Origin: Anaerolineae bacterium
GTDB lineage: Bacteria > Chloroflexota > Anaerolineae > UBA1429
Length of the DNA stretch: 64,000 nt
Assembly: GCA_963675785.1 (NCBI GenBank)
Contig: OY776562.1
Location: forward strand, 1,664,001-1,728,000
Direction of reading: 5' to 3'
A program made the translations under genes and the position numbers. The notes under the pieces were generated by a model. The model saw only the letters and a list, made by a program, of their open reading frames with translations, was not told the DNA's origin and searched no databases. This document shows, one piece after another, positions 45,739 through 57,100 of the stretch (position 1 is the stretch's first letter; each line of letters begins with the position of its first letter).

Positions 45739-46578
45739 ATGACGAGCTTTCCCATGACCCACATTGAAAACATCGAGATCTCGCGTATGATGATCGGCAG
45801 CAACTGGTTTATGGGCTATTCGCACTATTCGGCAGCCAAAAGCCAGTGGATCAAAGAATATATGACTATCGAGCGCATTACCGAGGTGATGTGCGTCTTT
45901 GCTCGCAACGGCATCAATACCGTCATGTCCATCGCCAACGACCCCATGAAAGAGGCCATTCGCCGCGTCGAGGTGGAAACAGGCGTCAAAATGGTCTGGG
46001 TTTGCACGCCATCGGGCGAGCATCTGGAGGATCTGCTGCCCAACATCGAATACACCGCCGAGATGGGCGGGGCCATCTGCATGCCCCATCAGCATTGGAC
46101 TGATGGCAACCTGATAACCAACGAAAAGCGCCTCATCGGTCTGGAAAAGGCCACCGAGCGCATTCGTCAATTGGGCATGATCCCCGGGCTCTCAACACAC
46201 CGCCCTGAGACAGTAACCGTGTGCGATGCTGCTGGCTATGATGTGGCTACCTATATTCAGATTCTCAATCCCATCGGGTTTTTGTGCCAGGTTGAGACTG
46301 ATTGGGTCGAGCGGGTCATTCGTTCTACGCCCAAACCCATCATGTGCATCAAGCCGTTGGCCGCTGGCCGAGTGCTGCCCACCACCGGTTTGAACTATGT
46401 CTACAACGCCATCAAGCCCATCGATACGGTGTGCATTGGCACCTTAAGCCCGTACGAAGCAGAGGATGACATTGCCATCGCCCGAGAACTATTGGCCGCT
46501 CAGAAGGATGCCTGCTGCGAGGAACGTACCCTGGATTATTCGCGAAGCAAGAGCGCCCTGGTGCAAAAGGAGGATTAG
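45739..46578 (+). CDS. Hypothetical protein, aldo/keto-reductase-like
   Basis: ISRMMIGSN...GYSH, GLSTH, IKPLAAGR; ATG 45739 after GGAGG. Confidence 0.65.
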   Translation: MTSFPMTHIENIEISRMMIGSNWFMGYSHYSAAKSQWIKEYMTIERITEVMCVFARNGINTVMSIANDPMKEAIRRVEVETGVKMVWVCTPSGEHLEDLLPNIEYTAEMGGAICMPHQHWTDGNLITNEKRLIGLEKATERIRQLGMIPGLSTHRPETVTVCDAAGYDVATYIQILNPIGFLCQVETDWVERVIRSTPKPIMCIKPLAAGRVLPTTGLNYVYNAIKPIDTVCIGTLSPYEAEDDIAIARELLAAQKDACCEERTLDYSRSKSALVQKED

Positions 46579-46579
46579 T

Positions 46580-47101
46580 ATGAGCCGCGTTCAGGTTCCG
46601 TACGATCATAAACTGGATGAAACCCTGGCCTTGTTGCGAAACCCGGGGCTCTTGTTGGCCTCAACAAAAGCCGACGGCAAATCCAATGTGATGACTATTG
46701 GCTGGGGCACAGTGGGTGTTATTTGGGGGCTGGATATATTTGTGGTGATGGTACGCCCTTCCCGCTACACCTACGAATTCATCGAAGAGAGCGGCGTGTT
46801 CACCGTCAATGTGCCCTCACCTGATCTGCGTGAGTTCTGCCGCATAGCTGGCTCACGAAGCGGGCGCGATATGGACAAGTTCGCCGAGTTCAAACTGAGC
46901 ACCACGCCGGGACGCAACGTTCCTGCCGTGACCATCGACGCTTGCCCACTGGCGTATGAATGCCAAGTAGTGCACCATAACGACGTCATACCAGCCAACC
47001 TGTCTCCTGATGTGGAAGCCAAATCGTATCGCGGCCATGACTATCACCGCATCTACTATGGACAGATTATGGGCGTTTGGGAAAAGGTTGCAGAAAAATA
47101 G
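46580..47101 (+). CDS. Flavin reductase family protein
   Basis: NVMTIGWG, VRPSRYT, FTVN, G..SGRD.DK, EC, YH; ATG 46580. Confidence 0.88.
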   Translation: MSRVQVPYDHKLDETLALLRNPGLLLASTKADGKSNVMTIGWGTVGVIWGLDIFVVMVRPSRYTYEFIEESGVFTVNVPSPDLREFCRIAGSRSGRDMDKFAEFKLSTTPGRNVPAVTIDACPLAYECQVVHHNDVIPANLSPDVEAKSYRGHDYHRIYYGQIMGVWEKVAEK

Positions 47102-47151
47102 CCTGAAGACTAGACTACATAAAAGCTGTTCTTTCTGTACGGAGGGGCCTT

Positions 47152-47718
47152 ATGCCCGATATAGTAGAAGCCACAATTCGCGATGTGGGCACGATCCACG
47201 TCACCTGTGAGCGTTGTGGCCACGAATACGAATACGACCAAATCTTTTTGGGCAAAACCGAAGTGCGTCGCATCGATCCGCGTCCCGATAGCATCAAGGC
47301 TCTCAAAGTCATGGCGGAACAGATACGCTCGGGTTTCGGCAAAGGCGATTACCGCCGGCTAGAATGGCACCGCTGCCCCGAATGTGGTTTTACCCAATCG
47401 TGGATGGCAAAACGTACCCGCAAGTCACTAACAATGCGCATCTTTTTTCCGATTATTCTCGTTGCATTGCTCGCCGGCAGTATCATGGCCATGTTCCAAA
47501 GCGACGCTATGATTGGCGGACAGATCCTTCGAACGGCCTTTTATGTAGTGGGCGGTGCTCTAGTGGCTGGCTCATTATTCTGGCTGTTTTACAGGCCGCC
47601 CCGCCATGGCGTTGAAAGGATCATCCCACCAACGCTGACTTTTAGTTCGGAAAGCCCCGAGGCTCTCAACGAAATGATTGTGGGCAACTTGCCTGACGAT
47701 CGACCAGGCGAAAGATAG
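47152..47718 (+). CDS. Hypothetical membrane protein with Zn-ribbon
   Basis: CERC and CPEC pairs followed by two TM helices; GGAGG RBS. Confidence 0.7.
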   Translation: MPDIVEATIRDVGTIHVTCERCGHEYEYDQIFLGKTEVRRIDPRPDSIKALKVMAEQIRSGFGKGDYRRLEWHRCPECGFTQSWMAKRTRKSLTMRIFFPIILVALLAGSIMAMFQSDAMIGGQILRTAFYVVGGALVAGSLFWLFYRPPRHGVERIIPPTLTFSSESPEALNEMIVGNLPDDRPGER

Positions 47719-47730
47719 ACGGCTAGATTC

Positions 47731-47759
47731 TTGACCGGCCTCAGGTCGTAGCCTATACT
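47731..47759 (+). promoter_or_regulatory. Promoter of lipS1-lipS2-gcvT
   Basis: TTGACC-17 nt-TATACT. Confidence 0.65.
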
Positions 47760-47794
47760 CCCCTCTGTTCTAGCGGACAGAGGGGAGTTCTTTT
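47757..47794 (+). terminator. Terminator hairpin overlapping the promoter and RBS of lipS1
   Basis: ACTCCCCTCTGT-loop-ACAGAGGGGAGT followed by TCTTTT. Confidence 0.7.
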
Positions 47795-48674
47795 GTACAA
47801 CGTTCAAGATCTTCAGGCTCAATACCAGCGAGCCCTCGCGCTTGTTGAAACACAGTCCATTCCTATGGCTGCGAATAAGTCTCTTTATGTCAATCGCCCC
47901 GTAGATACCCTGCCTGTTTCAGTAACGGGTACTGCCTGCAGCCTCAAATGTGCCCACTGTAATGGGGTGTATCTGGAGCATATGTATAGCCTGGATGACC
48001 TGGCTCATTCTCAGGCCCCCAGTGCGCTTATCTCTGGCGGTTGCGATCCCCACGGCTGTGTGCCCATCGCCCCTCATCTGGAGGCTCTTCGCTCGGCAGG
48101 CCAGGGCAAGCGCCTGAACCTTCATCTGGGGTTGGTAGATAAAGAAACGGCTGCCGCTGTTGGCCCCCTGGCTTCGGTCATTTCCTTCGATGTGGTCGGC
48201 AGTCGCGAAACTACCCGTCGTGTGTACGGCCTAGACGTCGACCTCGATACCTACATTGAGACGTTGGAGCGGCTGAACCAATATACCCGTGTGGTGCCCC
48301 ATATCACTCTGGGGCTGGATGGCGGCAAAATTGTTGGCGAGCCTGAAGCCATTCAGGCGGTTGCCGCTTGTAATGTGGCTGCAGTAGTCTTTATCGTGCT
48401 CATCCCCACAGCGAATACCGCGTTTGCAGAATGTAATCCACCCGCTCTCGACGAGGTAACCGCCCTGCTGATGCAGGCACGCCGCCTTATGCCCCATAAA
48501 CGACTGGACCTAGGCTGTATGCGACCCCATGGTGCTTACCGGCAATACGTTGATGAATTGGCTATTCGTGCCGGCATCGATGGCATCGTCAACCCGGCGC
48601 ACAGTGCCCTGCAACTGGCGCGCGAACTGGATATGCGCATTATCGAGGGAACAGAATGCTGCGCTCTGAGCTAG
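47793..48674 (+). CDS. lipS1: Radical SAM protein, LipS1-type lipoyl synthase subunit
   Basis: CSLKCAHC (CxxxCxxC), LGCMRP (GC(M/A)R) and C-terminal CC motif. Confidence 0.8.
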   Translation: MYNVQDLQAQYQRALALVETQSIPMAANKSLYVNRPVDTLPVSVTGTACSLKCAHCNGVYLEHMYSLDDLAHSQAPSALISGGCDPHGCVPIAPHLEALRSAGQGKRLNLHLGLVDKETAAAVGPLASVISFDVVGSRETTRRVYGLDVDLDTYIETLERLNQYTRVVPHITLGLDGGKIVGEPEAIQAVAACNVAAVVFIVLIPTANTAFAECNPPALDEVTALLMQARRLMPHKRLDLGCMRPHGAYRQYVDELAIRAGIDGIVNPAHSALQLARELDMRIIEGTECCALS

Positions 48675-49672
48675 ATCATGATAAAACCTGGCGCGTCTCC
48701 TCGGGGACGGCAGTCGCCGCCGACCTGCTCAATGAGCGCGTCGATGTGCTGCCCACCACTGCCTACCTGATGTTGGGTGAACGCTGCCAGTACAATTGTG
48801 CCTTTTGTGCCCAGGCACATGGCAGCCGGGCTAACGAAGCTGCTCTTTCACGGGTGCTCTGGCCGCAATTTCCCATTACTCAAGTCATCGAGGCCGTTAG
48901 CCATGCTTACACAGAAGGTACGCTGCGCAGAGCCTGTTTCCAGGTAACAGTGGGCGCCGATTCGTTAGAAGAAACGCTAGCTGCCGTGCTGGTTTTGCAC
49001 ACAGCCGTCGCAAGTATTCCCATCTGTGCTTCCGTGTCCGTACATAACATGGACGATGTAGCTGCCTTGCTGGAGGCTGGCGCCGACCGCGTTACCCTCT
49101 CGTTGGACGCCGCTGCAGAACGCATTCACAAGCAGGTCAAAAGCGGTTCGTGGGAGCGTACCTGGCATCTGCTGAGAGAAGCCTCAGCCACTTGGCCAGG
49201 GCACATCGGTACCCATGTCATTGCCGGGTTGGGCGAAACCGAACAAGAGATGGCCGAAACGCTGCAACAACTGGTCGATCTTGGGGTGAGCATTGGCTTG
49301 TTTGCCTTTACGCCGTTGCACGGCACGCCCATGGCCAATCAACCACCTCCCGCCCTGGATTCATACCGGCGTATTCAAGCCGCCCGCTGGTTGATGATCC
49401 ATCATCATGTTCGAGTTGAGGCAATGAGCTTTGATGGCGCTGGCTGCATGACCAGCTTGGGGTTGTCGAGTAAGCAGTTAGCCGAGCTTTTGGCCGATGG
49501 AGAGGCTTTTCGCACGGCAGGCTGCCCCGACTGCAACCGCCCCTATTACAATGAACGCCCTGCTGGCCCTATATACAACTATCCGGCGCCCTTGACGGCG
49601 CAACAGGCCAGCCAAGAACTTGATCTGCTGCTGGCCAACCTATCGGATGCAACATCCCTAAAAGAGGAGTAG
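48656..49672 (+). CDS. lipS2: Radical SAM protein, LipS2-type lipoyl synthase subunit
   Basis: CQYNCAFC and TAGCPDCNRP (TxGCPxC(N/D)RP). Confidence 0.82.
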   Translation: MLRSELDHDKTWRVSSGTAVAADLLNERVDVLPTTAYLMLGERCQYNCAFCAQAHGSRANEAALSRVLWPQFPITQVIEAVSHAYTEGTLRRACFQVTVGADSLEETLAAVLVLHTAVASIPICASVSVHNMDDVAALLEAGADRVTLSLDAAAERIHKQVKSGSWERTWHLLREASATWPGHIGTHVIAGLGETEQEMAETLQQLVDLGVSIGLFAFTPLHGTPMANQPPPALDSYRRIQAARWLMIHHHVRVEAMSFDGAGCMTSLGLSSKQLAELLADGEAFRTAGCPDCNRPYYNERPAGPIYNYPAPLTAQQASQELDLLLANLSDATSLKEE

Positions 49673-49676
49673 CTCC

Positions 49677-50771
49677 ATGACGCAAACAGCCCTCTATAAC
49701 AGGCACGTCGCCCTTGGCGGCCGTATGGTTGACTTTGCTGGATGGGAATTGCCCATTCAGTATGCCACCGGCCCCAAAGCCGAACACCACTGCGTGCGCA
49801 ATCATGCCGGCCTCTTTGATATCGACCATATGGGCCAAGTTCGCGTCTCCGGCCCCGATGCAGTGCCTTACTTGCAGCATATACTTACGGCTAACATCGC
49901 CCGGCTTGTGCCCAGCCAGGCCCGCTATGCACTGATGTGCTATGCCGATGGCGGTATTGTGGATGATGTATTCGTCTATTGCGAGGCCAGTAGCTATATG
50001 CTGGTCATCAACGCTGCCAACCGGGATAAGGATATCCGTTGGTTAGCGTATCACGCTGACGATTACGACGTGCAGGTCGACAACATCTCGGACGAAACCT
50101 ACATGCTGGCGTTACAAGGGCCCCAGGCTCAGGCGGTACTGCAAAACCTTGCCTCATCTGATCTGGATACTATCGGCTTTCACAAACACGCCCATGTCTC
50201 ACTAGACGGCGTAGACACACTGGTGAGCCGCACAGGCTATACGGGCGAAGACGGCTTTGAGCTATATTTTGACGCTGCTGCCGCAAGTAATCTATGGGAC
50301 GCCATTCTAGAGGCGGGAGTGCCCTATGGCGTACAGCCCATTGGCCTGGCTGCTCGCGATTCGCTGCGGTTGGAGGCTGCTATGGCTTTGTACGGCCACG
50401 AGATTCACGCCCAAACCAACGCCATTGAGGCCGGGCTAAACTGGGCGGTTTCCTATAAAAAAGGGGATTTCATCGGTCGTGATGCGATTCTCAAAGCCAA
50501 ATTCGAGGGGACGGTACACACGTTGGTGGGTTTGCGCATGGTTGAAAGAGGTGTACCCCGTGAGCACTATGAGATAGCTCACATGGGCGAGTTGATCGGT
50601 CATACGGCCAGCGGCGGTTACGCACCCACTCTCGATGCCTTTATCGCCACAGCTTTTGTTCAGGGCGAGTATGCCCAAGCGGGCACAGAGCTGGATGTCA
50701 TCATGCGCGGTCAACCCCGCAAGGCTTTGGTAGTCGATCTGCCCTTTTATGAGCCGCGATACAAGCGCTAA
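49677..50771 (+). CDS. gcvT: Glycine cleavage system aminomethyltransferase T
   Basis: GGRMVDFAGWELP, GLFDIDHMG, SRTGYTGEDGFE, GLAARDSLRLEA. Confidence 0.95.
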   Translation: MTQTALYNRHVALGGRMVDFAGWELPIQYATGPKAEHHCVRNHAGLFDIDHMGQVRVSGPDAVPYLQHILTANIARLVPSQARYALMCYADGGIVDDVFVYCEASSYMLVINAANRDKDIRWLAYHADDYDVQVDNISDETYMLALQGPQAQAVLQNLASSDLDTIGFHKHAHVSLDGVDTLVSRTGYTGEDGFELYFDAAAASNLWDAILEAGVPYGVQPIGLAARDSLRLEAAMALYGHEIHAQTNAIEAGLNWAVSYKKGDFIGRDAILKAKFEGTVHTLVGLRMVERGVPREHYEIAHMGELIGHTASGGYAPTLDAFIATAFVQGEYAQAGTELDVIMRGQPRKALVVDLPFYEPRYKR

Positions 50772-53700
50772 CAGTCCAGATTGCTTGTATCAATAGCAGG
50801 CACATATAACGAGAATGTCGTGCCACGATTGGGTTCGGAATGGACCCTTATGCCGCCGCTACTTTGGCTGATCAGATACTTGACCGTAGCCAGCCCTAGG
50901 CCGTAATGATTGCTATCATGACGCGTAGTATAGCGATAATCGAATAAATGTGCAGCATGTTCCGGGTCGATACCGCGGCCCGTATCATGTACCGAAACAC
51001 AGCCATAGAGGCCCGTGTTGATGCCTAACTCATCAGCCAGCGGCTTGGTTATCTGCTCCAAACTGGAGCGTATGTCAATCTTGCCACCCTCTGGCATAGC
51101 ATCACGCGCATTCACACAGAGATTGAGCAGTACGCGATCAAACCAGGTCTGATTCATCCGTACATATACAGGATCAGACGCAAGTTGGAGTCTCAACTCG
51201 ATATCGGTGCCGAGAAGCCGACCAATGCTCTTTTGCAGCTGCCCCACCTCAGAGTTGACTGCCACCAGCATTTCTTCGTCTTCCGACTGACCCAGAATAC
51301 CCTGGAGCATGTTATCCGACATGGTATGGGCCTGTGCGATGTGCTTTACCAGTTCTCCGTATTCCCCCAGAACCGCCTCTTTATCCCCTGCTGAATCTCG
51401 AATAGAATCGGCAACTGCCCTACACACAGTCAATAGATTGATGAAATCGTGGGCCGTTCCCTTGGTCAGGGATTGGGCGGCCCGCAGGCTTTCCGTCTCC
51501 CGCACAATGCCTTCCAACCGCCGGATATCCGTTACATCGCGAATCAGCAACGCAACCTGCTTGCCTCTATCCGTGCCATACCCAAACGCCAACATCTCGG
51601 CGTCAACTAGACCATCAACGCCTTGAACAGTTACCACACCGCCTTCACGAACAATGCGTCGGTTACGCAGTGCCTGGTCGAGCTGTAGAACCATCGTTCG
51701 AGGTTGAACGTTCAAGCGCTCTTCGACCTCGCTGGCGTGCAAGCCGCGCCAGCTTTCAGCAACACCAAACAAGTAGTAACCAACACCGTTTCCAGATTGC
51801 AGTGTGAGATCAGCATCAAACAGAAACAAAGCGTGCCCCATGTTCTCAAAAATGCTACGGAAATTCTCTTCGGACTCCCGCGTGCGGCGCTCTATTTCTT
51901 TGCGTTGCGAGATATCCATCACTGCGCTGTACCAGCTGCCCTCTCCCCTTTCCCCATGCAACCTGTACTGGGGAGAGACAAGCGTCGGCACAACGCGGTT
52001 GTCGTCGTGCCATGCGACTTCTTCTGTTTGGTTAGCCGCGTGGTGTGTAAACATCAAGGGCTCTAGCTCGTAACGTGCTGCAAGATCCAAGAACTCGCCA
52101 ACCTGCCGCCCAAAAAGCTCGGCTTCATTTCGCCCGAGCATGCGACAAAAGGCTTCGTTGGCTGCATAGATGCGACCGTCATCGCGATAGAGCACCAATC
52201 CCTCATTCAAACTTCCGGAAAGATCGGCAAACTCGTCACGGCCTTCGGCAGCAGCACGCTCCGAGCGCGTTCGCTCGGTTACATCACGCACCGAGCCAAT
52301 AACACGCACTGGGTGGCCCTCATCATCGTATTGCAGCGTATTCGCCACCTCAATATGCCGATAGGTGCCATCTTTGGTTCTCAAGTATTCACGCACTAAA
52401 ACGGGCCAAGTTTGTTCATCGCCACGTTGATTGGCGCGCATCTCGTAAAGACGCCGAACCAGCTTTTCTCGGTCATCGGTCTGCAGTCGACTTACCAACA
52501 AAGCCATTCCACCATCGAGCCATTCCTGAACGCTATAGCCGGTGATCTTAGCCAAACCCTCAGAAGCAAACTCGAATTCTTCTGTCCACAGGTTGATCAT
52601 ATAAACGCCATCGGAACTGTTGTTGAGTATGGTAGAGAGAAAATCCGAGGTTCGAGCCAATTCATCGGCATGTGCCTGGCGGCGCATAGCGCCAGAAATA
52701 GTGGCCGCACACCCCTTGAGCGCTACAAGCTGCGCATCCGTAGGCTCTTGGTTCGCATCGCTGTATTCTACCCATAGGCCGCCCCATATACCTGTTTCAC
52801 TCTGGATAGGCAGGACGACAATCAGAGCCACAGCACGCGATTCAAACTGCGAACGCATACGTTCGGGCATATCCTGACGCAGAAATTGGATCGCCTGCCC
52901 TCCAGAAAAAGCACGCTGAAATTCCCGACGCACATCTTTTTGGGACTCCAAGATGCTGCCCAGAATACTGATCAGTTCTCTATCCGCACCAGAGGGCCAG
53001 GCATCCACCTGCACCGGCAGAGCATCCGGTTCGCCATAATGTACCAGGCGCACATATTTTGCACTGGTAGCCTGCCCCATGGTCTCTAATACCTGGGGGA
53101 GCACATCCTGCCAACGCTTGGCTTTGAGCATCATTTCGGCAATCAAGCCAGCAGCCTGTCCGATGCGTTTGGTGATCTCTTGGCGCTGCTCGATTTTTAG
53201 CTGTTCGGTAATATCTGTGATGGTAACGTTCTGAAGCCCTTGATCAGAACAAGGAATCGTGCCGATGCGTATGCTCACCTCACGGGTGGCACCATCAGGG
53301 CGAACCAACGTGGTTTGGAATATCGTGGGAGAAAGTTTGAATCGTGACTCGCGGAAGTGCTTCTCGACCTCTGCTTGCTTGTCGGGCTGCACAAAGTCGA
53401 TGAAATCACGCCCATAGACTTCACGCAGCGAACGCACCCCTAAAAGTTCCAAAGCACTTTGCGAAGCATAGTAGAACCTGCCCTCGGCTTCACGCAGAAC
53501 GGGATTAGAGTTGCTTTCCAAATAACGCTGATAACGCAAGGCCCGATGCGGGGGATTGGTAAAGCTGCCAAGGCTCACGCCTGTCGTTCGTACCAGCATC
53601 AGTGTTGTGCTCAAATCCAATATCGATAGCCGTGCTGTGCGCAGTTCGACATCACGCTCGATGCCCTGTGCAGAGACGAGGGTGCACTCTACCACCGGCG

Positions 53701-53962
53701 TTTCGATATCATGCTCCCAAGGATCGCAAACATGGCCTTCAACATACTCCAAGTCCGAAGGATGGATAAAAGACTGCAGTGATTCAAACCTGAAATTCAG
53801 GGGCAAGTCCAACAGCTGGAGAAGTCGGTCATTGACAAAGAGTACTTGGTCGCCTAGCAGAACAAGCAAGCCATCAGGAATAGCCTCACTGATACCAATC
53901 ATCAGATCTGTCTGCGCTTCGCTCAATGACCGGTGTACAAAAGCCATGGGGTCCCTTTCCAA
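50768..53962 (-). CDS. Multi-PAS/GAF sensor histidine kinase
   Basis: Several PAS/PAC repeats (DITE, DVTE, DISQ, DVTD), H-box TAHDFINLL, NARDAM, DTGRGI, GLGLA; no REC. Confidence 0.9.
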   Translation of the reverse strand: MERDPMAFVHRSLSEAQTDLMIGISEAIPDGLLVLLGDQVLFVNDRLLQLLDLPLNFRFESLQSFIHPSDLEYVEGHVCDPWEHDIETPVVECTLVSAQGIERDVELRTARLSILDLSTTLMLVRTTGVSLGSFTNPPHRALRYQRYLESNSNPVLREAEGRFYYASQSALELLGVRSLREVYGRDFIDFVQPDKQAEVEKHFRESRFKLSPTIFQTTLVRPDGATREVSIRIGTIPCSDQGLQNVTITDITEQLKIEQRQEITKRIGQAAGLIAEMMLKAKRWQDVLPQVLETMGQATSAKYVRLVHYGEPDALPVQVDAWPSGADRELISILGSILESQKDVRREFQRAFSGGQAIQFLRQDMPERMRSQFESRAVALIVVLPIQSETGIWGGLWVEYSDANQEPTDAQLVALKGCAATISGAMRRQAHADELARTSDFLSTILNNSSDGVYMINLWTEEFEFASEGLAKITGYSVQEWLDGGMALLVSRLQTDDREKLVRRLYEMRANQRGDEQTWPVLVREYLRTKDGTYRHIEVANTLQYDDEGHPVRVIGSVRDVTERTRSERAAAEGRDEFADLSGSLNEGLVLYRDDGRIYAANEAFCRMLGRNEAELFGRQVGEFLDLAARYELEPLMFTHHAANQTEEVAWHDDNRVVPTLVSPQYRLHGERGEGSWYSAVMDISQRKEIERRTRESEENFRSIFENMGHALFLFDADLTLQSGNGVGYYLFGVAESWRGLHASEVEERLNVQPRTMVLQLDQALRNRRIVREGGVVTVQGVDGLVDAEMLAFGYGTDRGKQVALLIRDVTDIRRLEGIVRETESLRAAQSLTKGTAHDFINLLTVCRAVADSIRDSAGDKEAVLGEYGELVKHIAQAHTMSDNMLQGILGQSEDEEMLVAVNSEVGQLQKSIGRLLGTDIELRLQLASDPVYVRMNQTWFDRVLLNLCVNARDAMPEGGKIDIRSSLEQITKPLADELGINTGLYGCVSVHDTGRGIDPEHAAHLFDYRYTTRHDSNHYGLGLATVKYLISQSSGGIRVHSEPNRGTTFSLYVPAIDTSNLDC

Positions 53963-54070
53963 TCATGCCGCTTACGTCGAATTCACGCGGCATAAAAAAG
54001 GTGTGGCACAAGAATATACAAAAACAGAGGCTAACTCAAGTGAATGAGATGGCAGAGGATGGAAGAAAGG

Positions 54071-54099
54071 TTGACGCCTCGCTTGCACAACGCTACTAT
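54071..54099 (+). promoter_or_regulatory. Sigma70-type promoter
   Basis: TTGACG-17 nt-TACTAT. Confidence 0.55.
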
Positions 54100-54128
54100 C
54101 GAATTAGTTGATTATACCAGAGGATACT

Positions 54129-57100
54129 GTGAGAGATAACTACCGCCGCTTGGTGTGGGTTGTTATTGCGCTCATTTGCATCGTGTGCGCAAGCACGTCT
54201 GCGCGAGCCCAGGACGCCACCACCCTACTGCTTCCCGATGCCTCTCTGGTAGCACTGACGCCCTGGCCCGGTACAGGCAGTTCTCCACAGCTCGTCATCG
54301 CGAGTAATGATGGCAGTGTACAGCTCCTCACTCGTCAGACGGGTGATACACTTTGGAGCACCACCACTATTGGATCGCTAACCGCAGCCAGCGCTCTTTG
54401 CAGCGCCGATTTTACTGGTGACGGTCTCATCGATCTGGCCGGTATTAGTAATTCTACACATCAGTTGGTATGGTGGCTCAATTCGGGCAGCACGTTTACA
54501 CGTTACATATTGGCCTCGAATACCGACAATGTCTACGGCGTCTCCGGGTTGGTTGCCGCCGATTTGGACGACGATGGCGACACAGACCTCATCACCACGG
54601 CCATGCTCTCGGGTCGTTTGGTATGGTGGAAGAACATCGGCCTGGATACTTTTACCCCCATCACCCTGAACACCAGCCTGGATCAGCCCCAAGGCTGCGT
54701 TATCCTCGACTGGGATGACGATGATGACCTAGACGTGTTGACCATTGAGCGCACCACCATCAGCCTGTGGCGCCAGAGCGATACCCATACCTTTACGCGA
54801 GTTATTCTGGCTAGCGGGCTTTCTCAAGGCGCCGCCTTACAAGTCGCTGATCTGGACAATGACGTAGATCTGGACCTCGTCAGCTATGATTCCAGCACCA
54901 GGCTAGTGCAGTGGTGGAAGAACGACGGCAGCGATAACATGACGGCCTACACCATAGCCCGAGCCGTAAACAGCCCTTGCCACTTGGCGACGGGCGACAT
55001 GAACGGAGACAGCCTGTCCGAAGTGGCCGCCTCAGCCGGAGACGACATCCTGGTGTGGAGAAACAGTGGCGGCACGTTCAGCGAGGTGCTGCTCGACGGC
55101 GCTTTTACCTCGGCACGCGGCATCTGCCTGATAGACATGAACACCGATGGCCGATTGGATGCCGTGGGGGCTTCACGCGCCAAGGGATTGGTATGGTGGG
55201 CACTCGAGGACACTTCTTCCGTTTGGCCACCCTCACTGGATTGCGGCCCTTTTACCAACTCGACGACGCTCGAACTATCCTATACCAGCGGCACCATCTG
55301 GTCGGCCTCTTGTGACGCCGATTGGGTCTCTCTCTCACCCAGCAGCGGGAGCGGCTCGGGCAGCATCAAGGTAACGTTCAACCGTGCAGCTATCCCTGAG
55401 GGATACGGCCGAACACACATCACCATCACCACCAATCAGGGCACGGCACTGGTACCACTGGTAGCGGTCAATCCACCCGAAGGCCGGTGGGCCATGATAC
55501 CTCTCATTATGCGCGACGCCATGAGTGAATCACGCCAAACACTACCAGAAGGCAGCGTGCCAGGTATGCTGGTGACTGCCTGCTCCAGCACAGGTAAGGC
55601 AATTACCTCTGGTAGCCTCATCACTAGCACCATCACCGTGGCCGATACCCGGCCCCTGCGTGATGTGTACGTGACGCTCAACATCGATCATCCATCATTC
55701 AGCAGCCTGGGGGCCTGGCTCATTCACGAGACCACAGGCACACGTATCACCCTCTTCCTCCAGCCCGCCGGGGGTTGTTCAACCTACGCAAGTGACCTGA
55801 TTTTGCGCGATGACGGCAATACCGCTGTCAACAGCGCCTGTTGGGCGGGTAGCGGAACGTGGTCCAGCCTGGTTCCACTCGATCCATTGCAGCGCTACGA
55901 GGATGAATCATTCGGAGGCACCTGGCGGCTAGAGATTCGTGATTATGGCAGCGACAGCAGTGGCCAATTGGTTAGCTGGTGTTTGCAGGGCTATGTGTAT
56001 GCGCCTACAGCCGTGCCCACAGCTCTGCCTACCTATACCCCCACACCAACGGCCACGGCAACCGTCGGGGCGACATATACCCCCACCGCCACCTCTACAG
56101 CAACAGCGACGGCTACCGCCACCAGCACATCCACAGCGACAGCCACCGCTACGGCGACAAATACCCCCACGGTTACACCTTCGCCAACAGCAACCAGTAC
56201 GCCGGTTCCCATCGATTACCCGGCGTTGATAAGCCAGAACACCTCGGGCGAAGTAGGACAATCTGCTAGCGACTGGCCGGTCGTCTCTGCCGATGGCCGT
56301 TATGTGGCCTTTGAATCGCTCGCCCAAGACCTCATTACCTATGACTATAACTATGCCCAAGATATCTTTGTGCGTGACATGCAGCTGGGCAAAACGGTGC
56401 GCGTCAGCCTGGGGCCAAGCGGACAGGCATCTAACGATGAATGCCGCGATGCAGATATCTCAGCCGACGGACGCTATGTGGTGTTTACCAGTATCGGCAC
56501 GAACATGATCTCTGGCGTCACCGACGGCAGTGCTCAGGTATTCCTGCGTGACCGTGACGTCTCTGGCAGTGGCACCTATGATACAGCCGGAAATGTTCAA
56601 AGTTATGTAGTGAGCGAATCGCTGGTAGGCATTACCGGCAACGATAACAGTGGCCATGCCAGCGTCTCGAATGACGGGAACCTGATCGCCTTTGAATCCG
56701 ATGCTGGAAATCTGGTTTCTGGTGACAGCAATAACTTTTCCGATATCCTGGTTAAAAACATGAGCACCGGCGCAGTTGAGCGCATCTCGGTGGGGCTGGA
56801 AGGCGCCGAGCCCGACGGCAACTCGCGCTACCCGGCTATCTCAAGCGATGGGCGCTATGTGGTCTTTGTCTCTTACGCCAGTAACCTCGTTGAAGATGAC
56901 ACCAACCTGGTGAGTGATATCTTTATCTACGATCGCCAGACTGACACCATGGAACGTATCAGCACCGCCAGCGATGGCACTGAAAGCAACGGCCAATCGT
57001 TGTGGCCGTCCATTTCCGCCGATGGACGCTATGTGGCCTACCATTCTGAGGCCAGCAACTTGGTGATCGGCGACACCAATGCCCTGCCAGACTCGTTTCT

